DNA from: Macrostomum lignano
Taxonomy: Eukaryota
Length of the DNA: 64,000 nucleotides
Reading direction: 5' to 3'
NCBI GenBank assembly: GCA_002269645.1
Contig: NIVC01001739.1
Coordinates: forward strand, 73,727-137,726
Shown here in pieces: positions 17,324 through 49,657 of the stretch (position 1 is the first letter of the stretch; each line of letters starts with the position of its first letter). The position numbers and the translations under genes are program-made. The notes below the pieces were generated by a model. It made no database searches. It saw only the letters and a list, made by a program, of their open reading frames with translations, and was not told the origin of the DNA.

Positions 17324-19124
17324 AATAGTATTGCCAAAAGGCATACAAATCAACCAAATTATCTACCAAAAAAGGTCTATTACGCAATTTAAAAAGGTCA
17401 TTTAATGTTGCAACACTGGAATATTTTTGAGAATGGGTACATTACAGTTATAGGCCTAGTCAGTGTATCAGTGTATGACAGTTTCTATAATTAGATGGTT
17501 TGTTATTTATCTATTATTTTTTTGTAAAATGAATGCTCAGGCTTTCAACCTAAGTAAGAACAACTGGACTTGTTGTTAGGCTCCTAGACTGTACATTTTA
17601 ATTAAGCCCTAGGCCTAGGCCTAATACAATTATAAGCGGCAAGCGGGAGGAAGCGGAAGCGGGTAGAGACCTAGCTTTCAGCAGCGAAGTTGCCAGTTTC
17701 GGCGAAATATTGTAATGTTTCAGAAAATTTATTTTAAAGACAAAAGACCTATTTTTGATTGTAAAGAAAAAAGGCTATATTACTTTATTGTTCCCAAAAA
17801 CATGATAAGAATTTCTACTACGCGGTATGAATTAAAACTACTTCGTTAAAATCTTATTTTTCCGGTTTTTTAAAACGCAGTTTTTTTGTATGGTAAAGGC
17901 TTGATACTCTATTCATTATAAAGAGCGAATTTGCCAATAAAATGGATGCCAAAGTCTTTTACTGTAAAAATTCGTATAAAAATATAGACTTCATCAACTG
18001 TATTTTATTGTACACAACATTTTTGCATTTCAGTACAATTTTCATTCGGAATTGAAATTATCATGGTGGATGATGACAAAAATGGCTCCTCAGTTAGTGT
18101 GAGTTATAGTGGTTGCTAATTAAGATGACGAACTGACCTGAATCGAGAGCCGAGGTGATGAATTGATAATCTTCTCACAATTGGTCGACCTACGACAATA
18201 ATAAACTACTCAGATTTGTTAATTTTGTACTTTTAATCAATCACTCTTCATCTATCGCACTACTGTTCTCAAAATTAGTTACAGTACGTATTTATAATTT
18301 ATTGTTATTGAAAATATGAGTTCTATGCTGAAGTTGCGAGTACATGAACATTTTACCACGTTTCACTGGTTGTACTTAATTGAGTACATGCAGTACACAA
18401 GATGTATTCATGCAGCATGGTGAAATCCCCGCGGCCTTGCACAATTACACATTTTAACTAATGAAAAATCTGGTTTTGCTTTGAAATTATAAAACATGCG
18501 ATTCACGTGAATAATAGCTAATGCGAAATACAAAACCAATAAAGTGACTAAAACTAATCGATTCCCATAATGTCTCACATTTCCAAGTCCTACATTTTTA
18601 ACGCTCAACTGCACTGAGATAAAGATTCTTTTAAATCTAAACGCCACCTAATAACAAATTACAAAGAAATGTACCCCCCCCCCTGTCAAACAGTCATCTC
18701 CCACATTCACATTGACTGGATTTTACAAACAATCATGAAGTATTTTGTATAGAAAGAAACTCGATCTGGCTATGCATGCCTGCACGAAGTACATGTAGCT
18801 ATACCGATCATAGCTCGTACAGCTCGTAATGACATTTAATTAGTCTTGCACGGATGTATCACAGTTTTGACAGTTCCACAAACTCTTAAGTTCATGTTAA
18901 GATTAGAATTAATCGAATAGAATTAGATTAGAAAATAGGGGCCCCCTCCCCTCCATTGCCCCCATGAAATTTGCTCTCCTCCAAAAAGTAAAGGAAAAAT
19001 GGCAAACAAGCTCGACGAATAACACAAACATATATATTGCGTCTATTAGACATGGCATCCACCATCTTAAAGTAGGGGTTGGATCCTCCAAGACACCAGG
19101 GGCACCCACTAAGAGACAGCTGGG

Positions 19125-19650
19125 ATGGCCCACCAAGAGACAGGGACGGCCCACCCAAGAGACAGGGGCAACCCACCAAGAGACAGGGACTCCAACCAAG
19201 AGACAGGGACTCCAACCAAGAGACAGGGACTCCAACCAAGAGACAAGGGCGGCCCACCAAGAGACAGGGGCACCCACCAAGAGACAGGGAAGCCCAACCA
19301 AGAGACAGGGACGCCCAACCAAGAGACAGGGCCGGCCCACCAAGAGACAGGGACTCCAACCAAGAGACAGGGACTCCAACCAAGAGACAAGGGCGGCCTA
19401 CCAAGAGACAGGGACTCCAACCAAGAGTCAGGGACGCCCACCAAGAGACAAGGGCACCCACCAAGAGTCAGGGACGCCCACCAAGAGACAGGGGCACCCA
19501 CCAAGAGACAGGGACTCCAACCAAGAGACAGGGACTCCAACCAAGAGTCAGGGACGCCCACCAAGAGACAGGGACGCCCACCAAGAGACAGGGACGCCCA
19601 CCAAGAGACAGGGACGCCCACCAAGAGACAAGGGCGGCCACCAAGACACC
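19125..19650. repeat. 20-bp minisatellite (CCAAGAGACAGGGACGCCCA)
   Basis: Visible tandem units. Confidence 0.95.
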
Positions 19651-19689
19651 CCAAAGGCTTGCCGCCTTCTCCAATTAAAAATCCTGTGT

Positions 19690-19986
19690 ATACAGCACTG
19701 TCGGCTGGGGGCAGTGCGACGCGGTGCGGATGATGTGGCCTGCCAGCGTAGACCAAGATAGAGTTCCCGTTGGTAATTTGCTCGTCGCCTATCTCAAAGC
19801 CGAGCGGGTCCCAAGCGTCGGCTTTCTGTTCCAGCGAGTCCGCTTTGACGTAATTGTACAGCCGGACGTTCTCAACCGCCATTTGAAACATTGCCGCCCT
19901 CAAGCCGTCAAATAGGGTCTTGCAAGCAAGAAGCGACGCCAAAGATCCTCGCAGACGTCCGGAACCAGACCGCTGTGGTAACACGT
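19690..19986 (-). other. Orphan coding-like exon with apparent 1-nt frameshift; product unidentified
   Basis: Acceptor CTACAG at 19987-19992; GC3-rich codons in one frame up to RRFLLARPY and in another from FDGLRAAMFQMAVENVRLYNY onward. No downstream exons found. Confidence 0.4.
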
Positions 19987-21309
19987 CTGTAGACAATTAA
20001 GCTGCTTTTTGACAGTACGAGGTATGATTGTTTTTTGCCCATTCTTAATTCTAACAGGGAATTGTATTCAAACCAGCCCCCACTGCCAATCGATTCAACA
20101 ATAACAAAATAACCGTGAAATCTTCACACACATTTAGTACAACTTCTTACTAATTGAAATAATTGCACTCAGTCTATTGAGAATTGGTGAAGAGTTTTGA
20201 TCAAGCCGTTGTCATGACTACAATTGATGTTTTTAAATACAACCGGAAACTTTGCGGACACGAGAGGAGCGGAAACGAGAAGAGCCGCGCTGATGAAATA
20301 CTAAAAAGAGATTTTCCAAGATGATGAAACGCCAAAGTTGGCTGCTGCTGCAACTCTCACTGGCTGCATGGCTCGGGCTTGCCAAATATAGTGGAAAAAT
20401 TGCCAAGGCTGAAGAAGATGTTAAACATTAAGAAGTTCCATCGACCCTGACTAATAGGTGTTGCCTCCCCCGTGTGTCAAAGGGAGCGCTTTTTTACTTT
20501 AGAAATTGTTAAAAATCCAAGCACACTGAAAGCGAGAGAGACGGAGTGAGACGGTTGAGCTGGAGCCAGAGAAGGCCCGCACAGAAGAGAAACGTTCAGG
20601 ATGTTGGAGAGGCAAAGAGCTATCGATTGTGAATTCTTCCATGGAGTTTTAAAACTATTAATACTGCGTTAATAATCAAGCAAGCTGCTTGCAGTCTCTG
20701 CACACCCAATCCAGATGGTAACTAGGCAGTATTCCTTGAGCCGTGCATAGGTTTATAGTGGTATTAGTTGCCACCGACACTCATGCCGTGTTATGTGCAG
20801 CTTGGCTGGCAAAAGACTCAAAATTTTTAGTGCTGCCTTTTTTTCAACATCCACCTCCGGCTGCAGAGCTATTCATACGGACAACAAATTGCTTAGACAA
20901 TAACTCCCCATTGTTTCTCTTCCCAATGGCTTATGGATGCGCCACACCGACTGTCGAAGGATTTGAGAGCTATCACTAAGCTCCCGCATTCACTGCAGTA
21001 TACCGTGACTGTCAAATCCCATTTAGCATTGTCAATTTTGTGCCTCATCTCTGACTCTCCAGCATCCGCGCTTCCCTCGCAGCTTCCCAGAGGGCGGCAG
21101 GCAAAATTCCTCATTTGCTTTCTGCAGCCATGCAGTTACCTAAATTTAGTGACTGTTGCAAATAATTCTTTCTATTACGTAGAAAGCATTGTGTGTTTTA
21201 TGATTCCATCAGCGCATTTAAAAAATATTAACAGTAGATGCAGTGAGTTTGTAGCTGCGTGCAGGAGCGGATTCTATATGAGAGTCTATTTATCCTATTG
21301 TCCATCTCT

Positions 21310-22790
21310 AGATGTGTCTGTCTCTAATTGTCCATATTTAGATGTGTCTGTCTCTAATTGTCCATCTCTAGATGTGTCTGTCTCTAATTGCGACTATCCA
21401 TAAGTGTCTGTCTCTAATTGCGACTATCCATAAGTGTCTGTCTCTAATTGCGACTATCCATAAGTGTCTGTCTCTAATTGCGACTATCCATAAGTGTCTG
21501 TCTCTAATTGCGACTATCCATAAGTGTCCGTCTCTAATTGCGACTATCCATAAGTGTCTGTCTCTAATTGCGACTATCCATAAGTGTCTGTCTCTAATTG
21601 CGACTATCCATAAGTGTCTGTCTCTAATTGCGACTATCCATAAGTGTCTGTCTCTAATTGCGACTATCCATAAGTGTCTGTCTCTAATTGCGACTATCCA
21701 TAAGTGTCTGTCTCTAATTGCGACTATCCCTATTTAATTGAATTAGCTGCATGGGGCTCCGTGCGTCCGGAAAGAGCGAGGAGGCGTTGCCGCCCATTTC
21801 GCCAACCCCTGGTGACCACGGGCAGCTGGTGCTGCGGTGTCGTGCAGGGAGTTCCGGTGGTGCCGGTGTCCGCAGCGCGGTCCCGCTCCGGAGAGTCCAA
21901 GAGGTGGACTGTCGCTCGCCCTGTAGCCCTCAGGTAGCGGACGAGCTGGCAGAGATTCTCGGGCCTGAAAACGTCGGAGAGGTCCGGGTTTGGGCCGAGG
22001 TAGGTGAGCCTGTCCTGAGTAAAGGCGGGGCATTCACAGATAAAGTGCTCCGCATTCTCGACACCGGAGAGGCAGATTGGGCATTCCTCACTGCAGATTT
22101 TTCCCTGGAGGTGGCGATGCCTGGCAAAACAGCCATGACCCGAGAGGGCCATGGTCACCGCCCTGATGTCCCTGCGGTTGGGTCCAAGCAGGGCCCTGCG
22201 CAGGGCGGAGGAAGGACAGGGGACAGCCGCGCGGGATTGCCGGCAGTCGGGGGCGTCAGCCGAGAGGTCGGCTGACTATCCCTATCGGCTGACCTCTCCC
22301 TGTGCTTTGAAGCCACCCACTGGTTGATCCGAGTGGTGACAACGGCGATGGGGGTGGGGGCCACGGGCAGGGGACCAGTAAAAGAACCGGTCGAGCCAGC
22401 CTTGGCCAGGCGATCGGCCAACTCGTTGCCGGGGTGGCCCGAGTGCCCGGGGACGTGACTATCCCTAATTGTCTGTCCCTAATTGTGTCTATCTCTGTGT
22501 CTGTCTCTAATGTGACTATCCCTAAGTGCCTATCTCTAATTGTGTCTATCCCTAAGTGTCTATCTCTGTGTCTGTCTCTAATGTGACTATCCCTAAGTGC
22601 CTATCTCTAATTGTGTCTATCCCTAAGTGTCTATCTCTGGGTCTGTCTCTAATGTGACTATCCCTAAGTGTCTATCTCTAATTGTGTCTGTCTCTAATTG
22701 TGTCTATCCCTAAGTGTCTATCTCTAAGTGTCTATCAGAGTGTCTATTCTCATATGTCCAATTGTCTATACCTAAACAGAGATCACAGAG
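21310..22790. repeat. 30-bp minisatellite (GTGTCTGTCTCTAATTGCGACTATCCATAA) interrupted by a LINE
   Basis: Homogeneous units 21370-21730; diverged related units 22457-22790. Confidence 0.9.
21733..22456 (-). mobile_element. 5'-truncated non-LTR retrotransposon (RNase H end + CCHC finger; R1/LOA/I-group-like), degenerate
   Basis: PGHSGHPGNELADRLAKAGS; [11 protein letters not shown]...[21 protein letters not shown]; 11-bp TSD GACTATCCCTA at 21722-21732 and 22457-22467. Confidence 0.88.
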
Positions 22791-23279
22791 ACGATCCTCA
22801 ATGCCTGTCTTCCACTCTTCCACTTTTTTCCGCGCATACTTTCCCTCCATCTAATTTTTTGCCACAATCCCCTATTTCCCCAATCTTCCCCCAGGCATCA
22901 GCTGGCGGCGGCCAGGTCCAAGCGGACGGGAGGCTGAGTAGTCGGAGGATTTGTCGGCATCGACCTGCTGCATGAAGACGAGAAATCAAGACCCTGACTG
23001 GAGCAGCCAGCCTCTAGGATGCAGGAGATGCTGTAGCCTCGCTTTAGTAACCCTGGCAACGCGTCCGGGGCTCACAAAGCTCGCTGTCTCTATGCGGACC
23101 TGCCAACCAATCCAACCCCCAACCCCGCCCCCAACCTCAGTTTTTCACCGCCTCTTTTTCCATAAAGCAGAGCGATTTTTTTTCAATTATACTAAGCTCA
23201 CCAGTTCCACCGCGCTATTCTCTGGACTCTACTGGACTGAAGAAAGTTTAAAAGTAAAAAAATTGCAGTTTTTACTGTT

Positions 23280-35620
<12,341 letters not shown>

Positions 35621-35689
35621 GGGTCAAGAGACGCGGAACTATTTACTCAAATTTCTACTCATTACATGACAATAAAAAGAAAATCTAAA

Positions 35690-35941
35690 AGAGGATACGT
35701 ACGCAGTCATACGCACAGGCACACACTCACACAGGAGTGTGCTACAACGGGCCTAACTTTATCTATCGTTAGGCATGTACACTTCACTGTGCCTTGGGGG
35801 TTGGCCCACAAGGGCGTTAATTGCACGAGCAGAGCCAAGCCGAGATTCCAATTTAGCCCCAAATTAATGTGACTGCACTTGGAATCGAGCCTGGGCCGCT
35901 GATACATGAGAGCACCGCGCTAGACCACTAGGCGACAGCCC
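35690..35941 (-). mobile_element. tRNA-derived SINE, family B, copy 2
   Basis: Shares CGTACGCAGTCATA..CACAGGCACACACTCACACAGG and CCAAGCCGAGATTCCAATTT..CCCAAATTAATGTGACTGCA.TTGGAATCGAG with copy 1. Confidence 0.75.
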
Positions 35942-36324
35942 TCTGATAGATAAGCCATAATAAGTGAGCTAATTATAATATTCTATAACGAAACTTTTTG
36001 CTCAAAATTGGTGTCATTTGAATCAACAAAAAGTGGTAATAAAACACTTCACTGTTTATAAGTCACTTCCCTTAGTACTATCAATAATGAAACGTACAAT
36101 TTAGGCAAGTGTTGTTATGGGGAGCATGTAGAATATTGAGTAAGAACTCTGGGCTTTCATTGGCTCCTTGGTTTTGTCTATGGTAAAAACCGAAAGATGT
36201 GACCATTTTATCGCAAAACTTTTAAGTATTGCATTTTTCAGTGAAGTTGATAAATAAGTTGATAAATTCATTCAGAATCCCCATTCACTGTAGCAGCGAC
36301 CTCTGCAACAGAACTGGATTCAGC

Positions 36325-36700
36325 CATAGACAATAAAGCCAATCAAAGCCACTGCCACAAAACTGCACTCGTGGCCATAGACAATAAAGTCAATCAAAGC
36401 CACTGCCACAGAACTGCACTCGCGGCCATAGACAATAAAGCCAATCAAAGCCACTGCCACAGAACTGCACTTGGCCATAGACAATAAAGCCAATCAAAGC
36501 CACTGCCACAAAACTGCACTCGTGGCCATAGACAAAAAGCCAATCAAAGCCACTGCCACAGAACTGCACTCGCGGCCATAGACAATAAAGCCAATCAAAG
36601 CCACTGCCACAAAACTGCACTCGCGGCCATAGACAATAAAGCCAATCAAAGCCACTGCCACAGAACTGCACTTGGCCATCGACAATAAAGTCAATCAATG
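36325..36700. repeat. 49-51 bp minisatellite (GCCATAGACAATAAAGCCAATCAAAGCCACTGCCACAGAACTGCACTCGCG)
   Basis: About 7 visible units. Confidence 0.9.
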
Positions 36701-37794
36701 CTATTAAACTGAATTTTCTACATGATTGGCTTTATTGAGTGCAGTTTCTTGGAATTTTGGCAGTGATTGAAAACAATATTTCATACTCAGCTTGCCCAGA
36801 AATGAAAGTAGAACTTTTTATTTGCATGTAAACCAACTGTATGCTTTCAACTTCTGTAAATGTGGGTTCGCAATCAATTTTAAATCCTTGATGCAATTTC
36901 AAAGCGTTACCTTTTCTAGATTATATAATTCTCTATTTTGCTTGTTGATTAACTTCGCTTGCCTAAGTTGCCGCTTTGTTGCCAACGAATACCGTATGTT
37001 GTTGAATCAGAGCACTGGAGTTTTATTATTTATATTGTGAAACTACGGGAATATCGAATAATTTTTATTCAATCGCTTCTCTCTCTATTGCAGTTACTCC
37101 TACAATTTGAAATGATCGATGGAGGACTATTGTTTGGGTATTAAACTAATTGTTTTCGGTTCACATAGTTTAAATTTGCACCTGACAACCGACTAGTGAG
37201 TAGACATATTTGCAGCGTAATAAATTTGTTAACTTTTTGGTTAATTTGAGGTCAATTTGTGAAACTAACTCTTTCGAAATACTTGGGACTGCAAGGTAAT
37301 AAAGAGAATTTCATCAGAAATCGATCGAATAGCTCTTTCAGTATGCAGTACGATGTACACACGCATGCAAACCGAATTCACCTCAAATATCAGATGATGG
37401 AGGCTGCAAATGATGTAAAATCCTATCCTTGGCACAGTAATACCCACCCACCTGCATTATCACCTGCAGCAACCAGCAAATATTTTTGTATTTTTAAATA
37501 GATCCTAAAATTGCAGGCAACAGCACACTGCATGATTTAATGAAATCCGATTATCTGCTAAAAAAGCTTTCACATCACTGCGTCTCCGTACACCCCCTCC
37601 CGGTTTTCTCTCGATAAATATATACCGACTGCAGGCAATATCTGCTTTGGAATGGATGAGCGCGAGCCATGCGTAAATTATTTTTTGCAAGCGGATATCG
37701 CGTAGTTTTCATCGGCGCTTCTGCTTTTTTATTGTAATCTGCTTTCGTATTGTGGAAAAATTGCTTTTACTGTATTTGAAGCCTCTACTACCAG

Positions 37795-37980
37795 CCTACA
37801 CATGTACATACCATACTGCAAGCCCGCACATGTACATGCCAGCCCGCACATGTACATACCATACTACCAGCCCGCACATGTACATACCATACTGCCAGCC
37901 CGCACATGTACATACCATACTGCCAGCCCGCACATGTACATACCATACTGCCAGCCCGCACATGTACATACTACACTGCC
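37795..37980. repeat. 28-bp minisatellite (CACATGTACATACCATACTGCCAGCCCG) abutting a SINE
   Basis: Visible units. Confidence 0.9.
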
Positions 37981-37984
37981 AATC

Positions 37985-38212
37985 CACGACAGCTCAGCCG
38001 CAGCTATTGCGCGGCGCATCTGAAGGCTGGGGGGTTGCTACACACACCCCAATTACCCCAGCTAATGCTGGCACCCATTTTACAGCTGGGTGAACTGAAG
38101 CAATGCAGAGTTAAGTGCGCCTTGCTCAAGGTCACAAATTGTTCCTCGTGGGTCGAGAATCGAACCCCCGACCTCTCAGTCATGAGTCCGGCGCTCTAAC
38201 CACTAGGCTACA
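37985..38212 (-). mobile_element. tRNA-derived SINE, family A, copy 2 (internal deletion)
   Basis: Homologous to 7513-7800 and 48250-48530. Confidence 0.8.
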
Positions 38213-38626
38213 TACATGTACACCCTACACTGTCAGCCCACATTTGTACACACACTGCCACACTGCCTTCTTGGCGTACCACTATGTCGAAATTTTATAT
38301 GGCTTTAGAAGCAATAAAAACAGGCTTATAGTTTAAGAAGATAAACAGATTACTCATACATGTAGTAGTAGTAGTATTAGTATATGTATTTGACGTAACT
38401 AATTTAATTTTGTTACTAAAAATTAGGACTCAAAGGAGAATTTACGTTTTAAACTGCAGCAACTAACAATATTTCAGTTTGAAAATAATGATAGCAAATC
38501 AGGAATTCCATGCGAAGTTAAGCTACATAAAGAACTGATATAAAGAGAAGTAAACATTTAGAAACTCTTTTAGGTACATTTAAAGTGTCTATGCACCCAT
38601 TAAGTACATTAAGTTTTATGCGCATC

Positions 38627-38990
38627 ACGTGTCCATGCGAGTGTCCATGTGAAGGTAGGGTGAGTGTCCATGCGAAGGTTGGGTGAGTGTGCATGCGAAG
38701 GTTGGGTGAGTTTCCATGCGAAGATAGGGTGAGTGTCCATGCGAAGGTAGGGTGAGTGTCTCTGCGAAGGTGTGAGTTTCCATGCGAAGGTAGGGTGAGT
38801 GTCTCTGCGAAGGTAGAGCGAGTGTCCATGCGAAGGTAGGTGAGTGTCCATGCGAAGGTAGAGCGAGTGTCCATGCGAAGGTAGGTGAGTGTCTCTGCGA
38901 AGGTAGGGCGAGTGTCCATGCGAAGGTTGGTGAGTGTCTCTGCGAAGGTAGGGCGAGTGTCCATGCGAAGGTTGGGTGAGTGTCCAAGTG
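38627..38990. repeat. ~23-bp minisatellite (GTGTCCATGCGAAGGTAGGGTGA)
   Basis: Visible units. Confidence 0.9.
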
Positions 38991-39144
38991 GAGATGTAGT
39001 GAAGACAGGTCAGAAGCGGTGTGCCCCTACTTACATGTACGTACATGCATAACATCTCTGAACATCTGGTCGTAAGCACAGTGTAAGCACAGTCGCCAAG
39101 AGGATTCCAAGGATTCATCTGATTACTAAAGACTCTTTGAAAGT

Positions 39145-46440
<7,296 letters not shown>

Positions 46441-47359
46441 GATTTCTCGAGTTTGTATTAACCACAGCATATAGAAATATTTTAGCAGACGATTGGAATG
46501 ATGCTTATGATAACGAAGACCTCGAGGCCACAGGTACGCTTAGTTAACTTTTCAGACGTGGTCACGCCCAGTGCGAGTTTCTCATACGCAAACTCTTTTC
46601 TTTTCAGCGTGGGAAGCTGTAATAAAGTCGATCCCATGATGAAGCTGGGGTTGGCTTGAGAAACAATGACACCCGTAAACGCCCTCAGAAGCCAAGAAAG
46701 CTCACCCAACAAAACCAGCTCAATTTGCTAAGATTTCTCAATGCTTATTATATGTTTTTTTATCGATTGACCAAGCAAAAATTATATTTGCTTCCTTCAA
46801 TGCAACGAGGTACAAAATTTTATGTAGCATGAAATTCTAAATATTAGGGTCCAATCGAGGAGCTAGCTAGCTCGTATTATGTAGTTTACTCTCATATTTG
46901 AGGAATCCAGAGCTGAGAAAGAGGCGGACTTGTACATGAATTTATGAAATATATTTACTCTACAAAATAGTTGTTGAGTAACAACTTGCAAGCCGCTCCA
47001 AGCCACATCTGTAAAATTGGCCATCTTGGGATTAAAACCCAATTATCCTCTTTTTTAACCCATCTTTGTTGGGTAACTTAATTTTTGCTGACCAAAACGT
47101 TTGTTAGGGACAACAAAGCCAAGTTCAAGTTTATAGAGCAAGAATGCAGGATTTTTTGTTTCTACATTTTAATTTCTATTTTTACATCTTCACAGCTTAT
47201 AACCTGAATATCCTGAATAAGCTAAGTAGTTCACTCAAAGGCCGAAATTTTCTGTATCAGATTCTGAAATTTCTCAAGATAAAGTGATAGCGGCAGGACA
47301 ATCCATCCTCGTCAAGTCGAGTGGTACTGCGAGTACAGGAGATGCTGTTGCTGACATTA

Positions 47360-48235
47360 ATCAATAATAATACAGCAACAACAACAAAGAATACGCTGTC
47401 AGCGTCACAGGGCGTGCCTCGGGGCCAGGTCGCGACCGAACGCCACGCCGACGCCCGAATTGGGGGAGGAGGGGCGCCGGCGTCAGCCAGCAGGCAGTCG
47501 ACGAAACGCCGAGTGCGGGCCTCTCCCCTGCCGGTAGGGTGCCTGCAGCAGCACCTCTTGCACAGGCTGTGGGCAGGACGACTCGACGCGGATGAAGTGA
47601 CCACCTAGCTGGAGTCACCGACGGCGCAACAGATCGCTTTGTACGGACCAGGCCGGCGCGGTAATACAAAGCCCAGGTCTCGGGTTAGTACAACCGGACG
47701 GTCTCGACCAATGCCTCTGGCGGTCAAGCAGGGCCTCAGACTGCAAGACTGCCCTCACAGAACGAAAGGCAAGCCCGTTGCAAAGCCGAGAATCCTCGCG
47801 GACGCCGCGAACCAGACCGCCGAATTAAACGAACTGATGGCAACGCAGAAGCTCCGTCGCCAGTTCATAAGCGCCTCGGCACAAAATATTGCAGCCTCTC
47901 GATGTCGTCCGGCACGCAGTGCACGACGGTTTTCTGCGTGTTGACCACCAGGTCGAAACTTGCCGCAACAGCAACTAGCTTGTCCAGTTGTCACTGGGCG
48001 CCCTCGACAGTTGCGGACAGCAGGGCGAGATCGTCGGCGTAGCCAAGCACGCTAACAAGCTTCTCCGGTTGACGTCGACCATCGTGTCGAAAGCCGTCGT
48101 CGTTGGTAGGAAGATCCGCAGCACTCAGTTAAGCACCAGCTGACGAACAGGAACGGCGCGAGCGAATCTCCCTGAAGCAACCCGGAGTACGTCTCAAAGA
48201 AGTCCAATAGGCAGTCCGGTGTGTTGAAACAGCAG
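47360..48235 (-). mobile_element. Degenerate non-LTR retrotransposon 3' part (RT core, RTE/RTEX-like)
   Basis: Minus strand DFFETYSGLLQGDSLAPFLF ... VSVLGYADDLALLSATVEGAQ*QLDKL...VVNTQKT, with stops and frameshifts. Confidence 0.8.
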
Positions 48236-48249
48236 CTTTTTGCTTATAA

Positions 48250-48530
48250 TAAATACACCTGTCCTAATGGGCAGACCGACAGCTCAGCCGCAGCTATTGC
48301 GCGGTGCATCTGAAGGCTGCGTACGGCTGTTCAGTCCAAGGACTGAGGGGGATCGTCACCCGCACCCTTAATTACCCTAGCTAATACTGTCACCCATTTT
48401 ACAGCTGGGTGAACTGAAGCAATACACAGTTAAGTACCCTGCTCAGGGGGACAAATTGTTCCGAATGGGTCAAAAATCGAACCCCTAACCTTTCAGTTGT
48501 GAGTCCGACGCTTCAACGGCTAGACTTTAA
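48250..48530 (-). mobile_element. tRNA-derived SINE, family A, copy 3
   Basis: Homologous to copies at 7.5 and 38.0 kb; abuts the RT fragment. Confidence 0.8.
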
Positions 48531-49429
48531 CCGACACTGAAGGCATTCTACTGGCGAAGAGAGGCATACATTTGACATTTCGTCAACTGCCTGGGGCCCA
48601 ATTCATAAAGCACTTGTCATTAATTTGACTAATTATAAGCGCTTTTTCGGGGGTTTCGGCCATAGACATGCACTAAGATGGATGCCTCTGAGTGAGAATA
48701 CTTCCTCTTGTCGTGTGTTTGCCACTTGCGATTTGTCGACTTGTGACTTGACGCTTCCATCTATTTTATGAAATACGAGGGTAGCTCCTGGCGGTTGACT
48801 TCAGCGCCCCGGATTTGCTCATTTAAGTTTCCTTAGAGACAAGCCCTGTGACGTTTCTCATTATTAACAGACAGCATTTTTTCTGATGTTAAAATCTTGT
48901 CAAGCATTGAAAAGCTATGAAAAATGCTTAAGCACATTATGTAATGTAGCATATATTTTTTTTCTTATTAAGGTTACAAAAATAAAGTTACAGGTTAAAA
49001 ATATTTTATTTATGTTCAATTTAGGAGCGGATATAATTAGACTGAATAAATTTAACTCTAAAGAGAGGTACTCTAATAGTATTTTTCAGTAAAGCATGAA
49101 GTAAAGGGTGTGTTTCTCGCATAACATTGGTTGAGAGCGTAACATAGGAAATCTAAGGTCTATTTAAAGATAAAATACGATACAGCTCTAGTCGGAATAT
49201 GCATGTAAAGCGGTTAACTTTTGCATTGGAGAAAGAGGTTACTTTTTAGTACTTATAAACTTTAATTATAGCGCTTAATATTGCAAGTGGCTTACTAGGA
49301 ATTAAGAACTCAAAGCATAAATATTGACAATTTTTCATTTATGAACCGGTTACTCTGGTCTTGTTAATCTATCAGTGCTCACACAAAAAGTTTGGCGTTT
49401 CAGATGTCTGCTCGATCGCCGCGTCAATC

Positions 49430-49657
49430 ACAGTTGTCACCAGTCACATATTGCAGAACAGTCGGTCACAAATGTCACCAGTCACATCTTGCAGAACAGT
49501 CAGTCACAATTGTCACCAGTCACATCTTACAGAACAGTCAGTCACAAATGTCACCAGTCACATCTTGCAGAACAGTCAGTCACAAATGTCACCAATCACA
49601 TCTTGCAGAACAGTCAGTCACAAATGTCACCAATCACATCGTACAGAACAGTCAGTA
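49430..49657. repeat. 38-bp minisatellite beginning at the kringle A stop codon
   Basis: Unit CACAAATGTCACCAGTCACATCTTGCAGAACAGTCAGT; the terminal GTCAGT contains the TGA on the minus strand. Confidence 0.9.

Noticed and set aside
18408-18647. Small membrane-protein ORF
   Set aside because: GTG start, AT-rich codon usage, no recognisable motif or splice support.
20321-20390. MMKRQSWLLLQLSLAAWLGLAKY as the cadherin signal-peptide exon
   Set aside because: Weak donor (GTGGAA); a better exon with GTAAGC and the right phase is at 23280-23346.
46480-46720. Plus-strand mini-exons (ADDWNDAYDNEDLEAT...)
   Set aside because: Splice-like signals are present but give no coherent ORF; the region is directly upstream of the kringle B start.
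48661-48771. Small MITE (CATAGAC...AGATGG / CCATCT...TATG)
   Set aside because: Inverted match too short and gapped; no TSD.
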